Assembly: GCA_903916755.1 (NCBI GenBank)
Contig: CAIWXW010000100.1
Location: 2,026 to 66,025 of the forward strand
Origin: an uncultured Opitutaceae bacterium
GTDB lineage: Bacteria; Verrucomicrobiota; Verrucomicrobiia; Opitutales; Opitutaceae
Direction of reading: 5' to 3'
DNA length: 64,000 nucleotides
Below are positions 31,860 through 42,269 of this stretch, in pieces. Within the stretch, counting starts at the first letter, position 1. Every line of letters starts with the position of its first letter. The position numbers and the translations under genes are program-made. A model generated the notes under the pieces. It did no database searches and was not told where the DNA came from. It saw only the letters and a program-made list of their open reading frames with translations.

Positions 31860-33323
31860 TCAGGCGCGGCCCAACTCCCGCAGCGCATCCCCGGCGGCGC
31901 TCAGATTCTCCGGCTTCATCTCGACGTAGTTGCGCGAAAGGATGATTCCGGTCGCGCCGCCCGCGAAGACGGCCCGCACGGCCGCCTTCACCCCTTCGGG
32001 CGTGCAGTGGCTCGTGCCGGCGGGGACGGGGATGTCGATGTCGATGCCCGGCCAGACCTGCGTCTTGCTTCCGGCGAGGCCATCGACCGCGCGCCGGGTC
32101 TCCCGCTTGACGTAGTCCGCCGAGAAGCCGGTGGTCACCAGCTTGTCGTACGGCGCTTCCTTCAGGTCGAGCTCATGGTAGAGGAGTTCCGCGACTTGGG
32201 CCGGCGGAAGATCGCCGTAGGGTCCGGCGAGCCCGGAGCTGGCCCCGGCGTGAAACCGTTCGCCCGCGCAATTGTTGTACACGGCCGGGCGCACGAAGTC
32301 GGAGAAATGCTGGTACACGCCGTAGTCCTCCTCGGCGCGCAGGAAGGGATTGAAGGTCACGGTTTGCCACACGTGCCAGCCCATCGGCAGCGCCGGATTG
32401 GCGGCCTTCATCCGCCGGTAGAGCTCCGCCTGAAGGTCGTGGCGGCCGCGCACCCAGAGGTTCTCCCAGGCGATCAGCTCCGGATAGTTGAGCAGCACCC
32501 GCCAGAAGGAGGTGAAGTAGCCGTCGACCGGGCGGCGGTTGGCCCTGCGTTCGCGCATCAGCTTTTCCACGGCGAAGAACCCCTGCCGCGCCCGCTCGAC
32601 ATCGATTCCATCGGCCCGCGCCTGGCGCTGGCAATATTCGCAGAAGCAGGTGGGCCGGCTGACCTCGCCCAGGTTCAGCATGTTGAGGAAGCCGCTGCCG
32701 CGCTCGGCGCCCCACATCATGCCGCCGATGTCGTAGGAGCGGGCATAGTCCTCGACCACGCCGCCCAGCCAGGCCCGGTAGGCGGGATGCCGCTTGCACG
32801 GGCCGGAGGGATGGCCGGTCACGCGCCGGCCGTGGGCGTCGATCTCGTACATGTCCGTCCAGCGGGGCATCCCCGCCGGGCAATGATTGTCCTCGAGGAC
32901 GAAGGGGAACACCTTGATGCCATGCTTGCGCGCGGCGGTGATCGCCCGGTCCAGCACGTCGACGTCGCCGTGTTCCGTGGCGCGCATGTCCTCGTAGGTG
33001 AGGGTGGCGCCCTGATAGTGCTCCATGTGCGGGATGGCGTAGTTGCCGCCCCGGAAACCCGGCTGATGGTCGAGGCCGGCGCGGTGCTCCTCGTGAGTAT
33101 AAATGAAGGGGAACAGAGCGGTGACGCCGCCCCGCTCCTTCATGTCGCCCAGGATCCGGTCCAGGTCGGGTCCGGCCAGGATGGCCACGGATATCGGCAT
33201 CGCCACCATGGTTTCCTGGCGGGTGGGAGCCGGCGCCGGGGTCTGCGCGGGCAGGAGCGAGGAGCCGGACAGCGTGGCGCCCGCGCCTGCAGCCGTCATC
33301 TTGATGAAGTCGCGTCGGTTCAT
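31860..33323 (-). CDS. TAT-signal TIM-barrel glycoside-hydrolase-like protein with GH42-like Cys4 signature (paralog 1)
   Basis: ATG at 33323 gives the twin-arginine signal MNRRDFIKMTAAGAGA. Contains GPCKRHPAYR...WGAERGSG...CFCEYCQ. About 70% identical by eye to paralog 2. The fold and function assignment is inference. Confidence 0.8.
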   Translation of the reverse strand: MNRRDFIKMTAAGAGATLSGSSLLPAQTPAPAPTRQETMVAMPISVAILAGPDLDRILGDMKERGGVTALFPFIYTHEEHRAGLDHQPGFRGGNYAIPHMEHYQGATLTYEDMRATEHGDVDVLDRAITAARKHGIKVFPFVLEDNHCPAGMPRWTDMYEIDAHGRRVTGHPSGPCKRHPAYRAWLGGVVEDYARSYDIGGMMWGAERGSGFLNMLNLGEVSRPTCFCEYCQRQARADGIDVERARQGFFAVEKLMRERRANRRPVDGYFTSFWRVLLNYPELIAWENLWVRGRHDLQAELYRRMKAANPALPMGWHVWQTVTFNPFLRAEEDYGVYQHFSDFVRPAVYNNCAGERFHAGASSGLAGPYGDLPPAQVAELLYHELDLKEAPYDKLVTTGFSADYVKRETRRAVDGLAGSKTQVWPGIDIDIPVPAGTSHCTPEGVKAAVRAVFAGGATGIILSRNYVEMKPENLSAAGDALRELGRA

Positions 33324-33333
33324 AGGGGTAAGA

Positions 33334-34806
33334 TCAGGCGAGGCCGAGCTCGCGGAGGGCATCGCCCGCGGCGCTCAGATTCTCGGGTTTCATTTCAACG
33401 TAGTTGCGCGAGAGGATAATGCCGGTTCCGCCGCCCTGGAACACGCCCTTGACGGCCGCCTTCACGCCTTCCGGGGTGCAGCGGCTGACGCCCGCGGGCA
33501 CGGGGACATCGATGTCGATGCCCGGCCAGACATCGACGGGGCGGGGGCCGCCGGCCACGCCTTCCAGGGCGCGGCGCGTCTCGCGCTCCACATAGCGGGC
33601 GCTAAGCCCGGTCTGGCTGACTTTCCCGTAGGGCGGCTCGTCATACCCCTGCATCCGGTACATGAGGGCCAGGACCTCGTCGGCCGGCAGGTCGCCGAAG
33701 ACCCCCACGTGGGCGGCGGCGGCGAAGGCGTGGTAACGCTCGCCCGCGACATTGTTGTAGACGGCCGGCCGGATGAAGTCGGAGTACTGCTTGAGGAGGC
33801 CATAGTCCTCCTCGGCCCGCTGGAATGGGCTGAAGGAGACATTCTGCCAGATGTGCCATCCGATCGGCAGCGCGGGGTTGGCGGCCTTCATCCGCTGGTA
33901 GAGCTCCGCCTGCATCCCGTGCCGGCCGCGCACCCAGAGGTTTTCCCACGCGATCAGTTCGGGATAATTGAGCAGGATCCGCCAGAACGTGGTGAAATGC
34001 CCGTCGGGCATCCGCTCCCCGGCCTTGCTCGCGCGCATGAATTTCTCGATCTCGATGAAGCCGCGGCGGGCGCGCTCGACGTCGATCCCGGTCTCCTTCG
34101 CGTTTTTCTGGCAGAACTCGCAGAAGCAGGTGGCCCGGCTGCCATCGCCTAGCCCGCTCATCGAAAGGCCGGCGGCGTTGAGGAATCCGCTCTGGCGCTC
34201 GGCGCCCCACATGAGGCCGCCGATCTCGTACGAGCGGGCGTAGTCCTCCACCAGGCCGCCGACCAGGGCGCGGTAATAGGGGTTGTGCTTGCACGGCAGG
34301 CTGGAGATGCGCCCGTGAAAATCGACCTCGGCCAGCTTTTTCCAGTTCGGGACCGCCTCGGGACGATGGTTGTCCTCGAGTACGAAGGGAAAGACCTTGA
34401 TGCCGTGCCGCCGGGCCGCGGGGATCACCTTCGCCAGCACGTCGACGTCGCCGAAGTCTGTCGCGCGCATGTCGGCATAGGTGAGGATCGAGCCCTGATA
34501 GTATTCCATGTGCGGCGTGGCGTAGTTGCCGCCGCGGAAGCCCGGGGTGTGCTCTGGCACGCCAGCGCGATGCTCCTCGTGGGAATACATGAAGGGAAAG
34601 AGCGCGTTCACGCCGGCCCGGTCCTTCATGTCGCCGAAGATCCGGTCCAGGTCGCCGGTGACCAGCGGAGCGACGCAGATCGGCATTGCGATCATCACCT
34701 CGCGCTTCGGCGCCGCCGCGGGAGTCTGCGCGGACAGGAGGCGGGCGGTCGCCAGGGTAGCGACGGCGCCGGTCGCGGTCGTGGTGATGAAGTCGCGGCG
34801 GTTCAT
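33334..34806 (-). CDS. TAT-signal GH42-like Cys4 protein (paralog 2)
   Basis: MNRRDFITTTATGAV twin-arginine signal. Contains LPCKHNPYYR...WGAERQSG...CFCEFCQ. The start overlaps the paralog 3 stop (ATGA). Confidence 0.8.
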   Translation of the reverse strand: MNRRDFITTTATGAVATLATARLLSAQTPAAAPKREVMIAMPICVAPLVTGDLDRIFGDMKDRAGVNALFPFMYSHEEHRAGVPEHTPGFRGGNYATPHMEYYQGSILTYADMRATDFGDVDVLAKVIPAARRHGIKVFPFVLEDNHRPEAVPNWKKLAEVDFHGRISSLPCKHNPYYRALVGGLVEDYARSYEIGGLMWGAERQSGFLNAAGLSMSGLGDGSRATCFCEFCQKNAKETGIDVERARRGFIEIEKFMRASKAGERMPDGHFTTFWRILLNYPELIAWENLWVRGRHGMQAELYQRMKAANPALPIGWHIWQNVSFSPFQRAEEDYGLLKQYSDFIRPAVYNNVAGERYHAFAAAAHVGVFGDLPADEVLALMYRMQGYDEPPYGKVSQTGLSARYVERETRRALEGVAGGPRPVDVWPGIDIDVPVPAGVSRCTPEGVKAAVKGVFQGGGTGIILSRNYVEMKPENLSAAGDALRELGLA

Positions 34807-36299
34807 GCGGGGGTAGGGGGCGTGAGACCCAATTCGCGCACGGCGCTGCCGGCCGCGTTCAGGTTCTCGGGTTTCATTTCAAGAAAGTTGCGCGAGAGCA
34901 GGACCCCCTGGCCGCCGCCGCGGAAGACCGCCTTGACGGTTTCCCGCACGCTTTCCGGGGTGCAATGGCTGGAGCCGGGCGCCACCGGCACGTCGATGTC
35001 GATGCCGGGCCAGACCTGGGTCGCGCTGCCGGCGACCCCGGTCACCGCCCGGCGGGTTTCCCGCTCGACGTAATCGGCGGAGAGTCCCGTGGCGGCCACC
35101 CGACCGTAGGGCGCCTCCCCGCGGTAATTCAGCTGGCGGTAGAGGACCTCGAGCATTTCGTCGGGCGGCCCGTCACCCAGGATGTTCTGGTGCACGCTCT
35201 GCATGAAGCTATGGGTCCGTTCCCCGGCGCAGTTGCTGTACAGGACCGGGCGGATGAAGTCGGAGAACGCCGTCATTTCGGCGTAGTTTTCCTCGGCGCG
35301 GTGAAACGGGCTGAAGGAGACGTTGTGCCAGATGTGCCAGCCGACCGGGAGGGTGGGCTTGATCGACTTGATCCGCCGGTAGAGCTCGCCCTGCATCTCG
35401 TGCCGGCTGGTGACCCAGAGGTTCTCCCAGGCGAGCAGCTCGGGATAATTCAGCAGGATCCGCCAGAAGGCCGTGAAATAGCCGTCCCGCGGGCGATGGC
35501 CGGCCCGGCCCGCGCGCACGTACTTTTCGATTTCACCGAAGCCGAGGCGGGCGCGCTCGACGTCGATGCCCTTGGCCCGCCCCTTTTTCTGGCAGAATTC
35601 GCAGAAGCAGGTCGCCTTGCCGGGATCGGCCTTGGCGCCGTTGTGGTACGCACCCAGGGCATTGAACAGGCCGCCCTGCCGCTCCGATCCCCACATCAGG
35701 CCGTCGATGTCATAGGAGCGGGTGTAATCCTCGACCAGGCCGAGCAGGTAGCCGCGGTAGTATGGGTTGTTGTTGCATGGTCCGGAAGGATGGCGGTCGG
35801 TGCGGCGGCCATGGAAATCGATCTCGTAGAGCTGTTCCCAGTGCGGGATCTGCGGCCGGCGATTGTCCTCGATGATCCAGGCGAACGTCTTGATGCCGCG
35901 GGGCTTGCTGGCGGCGATGGCGAGGGCCAGCAGATCCTTGTCCCCGAATTCGGGCCCGCGCATGTCTTCGTACGTCAGGATCGTGTCCTTGTAGTACTGC
36001 ATGTGCGGAATCGCATAGTTGCCGCCGCGGAAGCCCGGCGGGCTCACGCCCGCCCGCTCTTCGATGTGCGAATAGATGAAGGGAAAGAACGCGTTGGCGC
36101 CGGTGCGCTTTTGCACGTCGTCGAGCAGCTGGCCCAGATTCGGCCGAGAGAGGGGCTCGGCGGCGGTGGCCACGCCGATCAGGGGGGCGCTGGGGGCGGC
36201 GGGGGCTGCCGGGGCGAGGGCCCCCCGGAGGAGCTTGCCTCCGCCCATGGCGGAGCCGGCACTGAGGGCGGTCAACTTGACGAAATCGCGGCGGTTCAT
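34803..36299 (-). CDS. TAT-signal GH42-like Cys4 protein (paralog 3)
   Basis: ATG at 36299 gives MNRRDFVKLTALSAGSA. Contains GPCNNNPYYR...WGSERQGG...CFCEFCQ. More diverged than paralogs 1 and 2. Confidence 0.8.
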   Translation of the reverse strand: MNRRDFVKLTALSAGSAMGGGKLLRGALAPAAPAAPSAPLIGVATAAEPLSRPNLGQLLDDVQKRTGANAFFPFIYSHIEERAGVSPPGFRGGNYAIPHMQYYKDTILTYEDMRGPEFGDKDLLALAIAASKPRGIKTFAWIIEDNRRPQIPHWEQLYEIDFHGRRTDRHPSGPCNNNPYYRGYLLGLVEDYTRSYDIDGLMWGSERQGGLFNALGAYHNGAKADPGKATCFCEFCQKKGRAKGIDVERARLGFGEIEKYVRAGRAGHRPRDGYFTAFWRILLNYPELLAWENLWVTSRHEMQGELYRRIKSIKPTLPVGWHIWHNVSFSPFHRAEENYAEMTAFSDFIRPVLYSNCAGERTHSFMQSVHQNILGDGPPDEMLEVLYRQLNYRGEAPYGRVAATGLSADYVERETRRAVTGVAGSATQVWPGIDIDVPVAPGSSHCTPESVRETVKAVFRGGGQGVLLSRNFLEMKPENLNAAGSAVRELGLTPPTPA

Positions 36300-36433
36300 G
36301 ACGGGGTTGGATCTATTTTGCCCAAAAGGGGCGGGGCACGGCGCAGGTGGAGCCTCGGGCCCGCGACGGCCCGCTGTCACGACAAAAGCCTTGGCCTTTC
36401 CCGCCGGCGGGCCTTCGCTGGGAAGGCATTTCC

Positions 36434-36784
36434 ATGACTGACGCACCCAACCCGGCTTTGGCTGCGGCTTTTTCCAAAATTAATTTGGACGGGGCGAAGC
36501 GGCATGCCTTCCTCTGCGTGGGTCCGGACTGCTGCGCCCCCGAGGCGGGCCTGGCGACCTGGGACGTCCTCAAGCGGACGCTGGGCCGGACCGGCGCGTC
36601 CGTCCTGCGCACCAAGGCGGCGTGCCTCCGCATCTGCCAAGGGGGCCCCTGGCTGGTCGTCTACCCGGAGGGTGTCTGGTACGGCGGGGTGACGCCGGAG
36701 CGCTGCGAGCGCATCGTGACCGAGCATCTGGTCGGCGGGCGCCCGGTGTCGGAATGGGTGATCCGGGCGCATCCTTTGGCCTAA
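36434..36784 (+). CDS. Thioredoxin-like [2Fe-2S] ferredoxin
   Basis: ATG at 36434. Cys pattern C-x4-C (FLCVGPDCC) and C-x3-C ([11 protein letters not shown]), plus [10 protein letters not shown], typical of this ferredoxin family. No signal peptide. Confidence 0.75.
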   Translation: MTDAPNPALAAAFSKINLDGAKRHAFLCVGPDCCAPEAGLATWDVLKRTLGRTGASVLRTKAACLRICQGGPWLVVYPEGVWYGGVTPERCERIVTEHLVGGRPVSEWVIRAHPLA

Positions 36785-36808
36785 CGGTTCGTCTGGGCTT
36801 TCCGTTCC

Positions 36809-38053
36809 ATGCCCTCCCCGACTTCCCCTTCGTTTAGCCGCCGCGACTTCGTCAAGCTGACCGGCACCGCCGCCATCGCCTCCGCCCTGGTGCCCAAGCT
36901 GCGCGCCGCTCCGGCCGCCCGTCCGTTCGAGGTTTCCGCCAGCCTTTACGCCTGGGATCTTCACGATGAGGGCGTCGAGCGGGTGCTGGACAACCTGCAG
37001 GAGATGGCGGCCGTCAATTCCGTCTACCTGATTGGCGTGATGCATCCCGAGCGCCGTCCGCTTGGCGGCGGCGTCTTTCCCCATAACCCGGTGCGCCAGA
37101 CCTGGACGGCCGAGGACGCCCGGTGCTACTGGCACCCGGACAGCGCCCGCTACGGCCGCATCCATCCGCGGCTTTCGGACCACGCCTGGCTCAACCAGAC
37201 GGATTGGCTGCGGGTCCTGGTCGACGCCGCGGGCAAGCGCGGGCTGCGGGTGGGCGTCGAAAATTCCCATGCGCTGGTGGACAAGCAGCGCGCGGAAGGC
37301 GAGTTCTCGGACTGCGTCGAACGCAACGTGCATGGGGAGATCACCCATGTCCGCACCTGGCTGCGGCCGCTGTGCCCGAATCATCCCGATGTGAGCGCCT
37401 ACGCCGGCAATCTCTTCGGGGACGCGGTGGTGAACTACGGGCTCGATTATGTGACCTCGGCCATTGTCTCCTTCGATGAGGGCGGTCCGGGCCGCGGCGC
37501 CTGTTTCTGCGCGTCCTGCCACCGCGTCGCCGCGGCCGAGGGTCTCGATTTCGCGCGGATCCAGCAGGTGCTCCTGGCCAACCCGGCGGCGGAGCCGGAG
37601 CGGACCACCTGGCAGGATTTCCGCCAGCGGTCGGCGGCGCGTTTTTATGCGGGAATCCACGAGAAGCTCCATGCCCTTAAGCCGGGCGTCGACGTGCGCT
37701 ACAGCCAGCACATGGCCAATCCCGCCGACTGGGGGATCAAGCTCAGCGTCCTGCAGCCGAATCTCGATTCGATCCGCATCCAGGAATACAGCGAGCAGAC
37801 CGGCAATCCGGCGTTGATGGCGGGCAAGCGGGCCATGCTCGCGGGCGCGCGGGCGGAGCTGGGGCCGGATTTTCCCGTGCACTCCGCCATCGCGGTGCGG
37901 CTCAAGGCCACCCCGGAACTGATTCGCGAGGGCATTCGCATCGCGGTCGAGACCGGGATGAACGGGATCACCCTCGGCCACTATGATGGCGCGAGCTTCC
38001 CGATGCTCCACGCGGTCCGCGATGGACTCGCGGACGCGGGAATCCGGAGCTAG
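36809..38053 (+). CDS. TAT-signal GH42-like Cys4 protein (distant paralog 4)
   Basis: Twin-arginine signal SFSRRDFVKLTGTAAIA. Contains LCPNHPDVSAY...SFDEGG...CFCASCH. Starts 25 nt downstream of the ferredoxin gene. Confidence 0.75.
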   Translation: MPSPTSPSFSRRDFVKLTGTAAIASALVPKLRAAPAARPFEVSASLYAWDLHDEGVERVLDNLQEMAAVNSVYLIGVMHPERRPLGGGVFPHNPVRQTWTAEDARCYWHPDSARYGRIHPRLSDHAWLNQTDWLRVLVDAAGKRGLRVGVENSHALVDKQRAEGEFSDCVERNVHGEITHVRTWLRPLCPNHPDVSAYAGNLFGDAVVNYGLDYVTSAIVSFDEGGPGRGACFCASCHRVAAAEGLDFARIQQVLLANPAAEPERTTWQDFRQRSAARFYAGIHEKLHALKPGVDVRYSQHMANPADWGIKLSVLQPNLDSIRIQEYSEQTGNPALMAGKRAMLAGARAELGPDFPVHSAIAVRLKATPELIREGIRIAVETGMNGITLGHYDGASFPMLHAVRDGLADAGIRS

Positions 38054-38083
38054 CCCTGCGCTGCGCCCCGCCGCCGCGACGGC

Positions 38084-40762
<2,679 letters not shown>

Positions 40763-40772
40763 GGAAGGCGGG

Positions 40773-41849
40773 TCAGCTGGCGATCACCAGGGGCTCGAGC
40801 CCGCTCAGCCGCAGCAGGGGGGCGGCCGCCGGGATCGGGCGGGGCTTGAAGCCCCGGACCGCCTGCGCGATCGCGGCGATGTGCGGCGGCGTTGAGCCGC
40901 AGCAGCCGCCCACGAGGTTGAGCCAGCCGTCGGCCGCAAACTCGCCGAGCACCCCCGCCATGTCCGCGGGGGATTCATCGTAGCCGCCGAAGGCGTTGGG
41001 CAGGCCGGCGTTGGGATAGCAGGTGGTGTAGCAGGACGCCAGGCGCGACAGCGTCTCGACGTACGGGCGCATCTGCCGGCCGCCCAGGGCGCAGTTGACC
41101 CCGACCGAAAACGGCCGGGCGTGGGCGATGCTGGCGTAAAAGGCCTCGATCGTCTGCCCGGACAGCGTCCGGCCGGAGGCGTCCGTGATCGTCACGGAGA
41201 TCATCACCGGCAGCCGGAAGCCGACTTCGTCGAATAGCGCGGCGAGGGCGAACAGGGCCGCCTTGCAGTTGAGGGTGTCGAAGATCGTTTCGATCAGCAG
41301 GGCGTCGACGCCGGCGGCGATCAGGGCCCGGGCCTGTTCGGTATAGGCGGCGACCACCTGGTCCCACGAGACCGCGCGATAGTCCGGCCGATTGACGTCG
41401 GGGGACATGGACAAGGTCCGGTTGAGCGGACCGATGGCTCCCGCCACGAAGCAGCGCCGGCCGGGCGTGGCCGCCTCCGCCTTCTGCGCGGCGCGGCGCG
41501 CACAGCCCACCGCCGCCGTGTTGAGCTCGGTCACCAGCGCCTCAAGATGATAGTCCGCCTGCGAGATGGCGTTCGAATTGAAGGTGTTGGTCTCGACGAT
41601 GTCCGCGCCCGCCGCGAAATACTGCCCGTGAATGTCCTCGATGATGTCGGGACGCACGATCGACAGCAGGTCGTTGTTGCCCAAAAGGTCCTGCACCGGG
41701 CGGGGAAAGCGCGTGCCGCGGAAATCGGCCTCCTTCAGCTGGAAGCCCTGGATCATCGTGCCCATGGCGCCGTCGAGGACCGCGATGCGCTGCTGGAACA
41801 GCGCGCGGAGGGGGCCAAAGGAGGGTGATTCGGGCGGTAGGCTGCTCAT
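40773..41849 (-). CDS. metH: Methionine synthase, N-terminal polypeptide (homocysteine S-methyltransferase module)
   Basis: 358 aa. [19 protein letters not shown] and the zinc ligands in GVNCALG and GGCCGSTP. Ends at ...[12 protein letters not shown], the canonical inter-module linker. Confidence 0.92.
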   Translation of the reverse strand: MSSLPPESPSFGPLRALFQQRIAVLDGAMGTMIQGFQLKEADFRGTRFPRPVQDLLGNNDLLSIVRPDIIEDIHGQYFAAGADIVETNTFNSNAISQADYHLEALVTELNTAAVGCARRAAQKAEAATPGRRCFVAGAIGPLNRTLSMSPDVNRPDYRAVSWDQVVAAYTEQARALIAAGVDALLIETIFDTLNCKAALFALAALFDEVGFRLPVMISVTITDASGRTLSGQTIEAFYASIAHARPFSVGVNCALGGRQMRPYVETLSRLASCYTTCYPNAGLPNAFGGYDESPADMAGVLGEFAADGWLNLVGGCCGSTPPHIAAIAQAVRGFKPRPIPAAAPLLRLSGLEPLVIAS

Positions 41850-42014
41850 GGGAGGGATCGGTCGACCGGCACCAAGTACAAGCGGACCAAGGGTCTAAGC
41901 CAATGCCGATTCACCGGCCTGGCAAGAGCACATATCGTCATATTGAAATGCATTGATATATTTTCTTGCGCCGGACGGCCGGCCCGGTTGAGTCCAGCCG
42001 TCCGTCGTTCTTTA

Positions 42015-42205
42015 TTTCAGTCCGGGCAACAGGGAAGGCCGTGAAAGCCGGCCACAGTTGCGCTGCGGTTACGCATCACAAACTCTCATCCCGTGAAAGC
42101 GGGAAGAAAGCCAATCTCCGGGCGACCGGGGGTGAAGGCGAGGAGGGAGGCAGGGCGCCGACGCCCGAGACCTGCGGAGTCCGAACATCTCTGCCCGGAT
42201 CCTTG
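42015..42205 (+). promoter_or_regulatory. Cobalamin (B12) riboswitch in the btuB-like leader
   Basis: Core AACAGGGAAGGCCGTGAAAGCCGG...GCGCTGCGGT and GCGGGAAG. B12 box GCCCGAGACCTGCGG at about 42163-42177 (compare the E. coli btuB leader GCCCGAAGACCTGCCGG). Closing helix TCCGGGC 42021-42027 with GCCCGGA 42193-42199. Confidence 0.8.
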
Positions 42206-42269
42206 GCTCCCACCTGACCTCCCTGCGGTCCGGCGCTTCCGCGCCGGCCGCGCGCCCTTCATCGCATCC

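Noticed and set aside
31481-31888. 136-codon upstream extension of the SDR ORF
   Set aside because: SDRs start a few residues before the TGxxxGxG motif. The extension has no Rossmann or other recognisable sequence. I treat it as non-coding spacer (see the finding on 31481-31859).
36300-36433. Short AT palindrome TTTTGCCCAAAA in the divergent spacer between paralog 3 and the ferredoxin gene, considered as an operator site
   Set aside because: It has only 5-bp arms and occurs once, and no regulator gene is nearby. The evidence is insufficient to call a binding site.
31836-36437. Three long plus-strand ORFs (31836-33419, 33103-34152, 34965-36437)
   Set aside because: Each mirrors one of the TAT-signal paralogs on the opposite strand. 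Only the minus-strand frames show twin-arginine signals and cross-paralog conservation.
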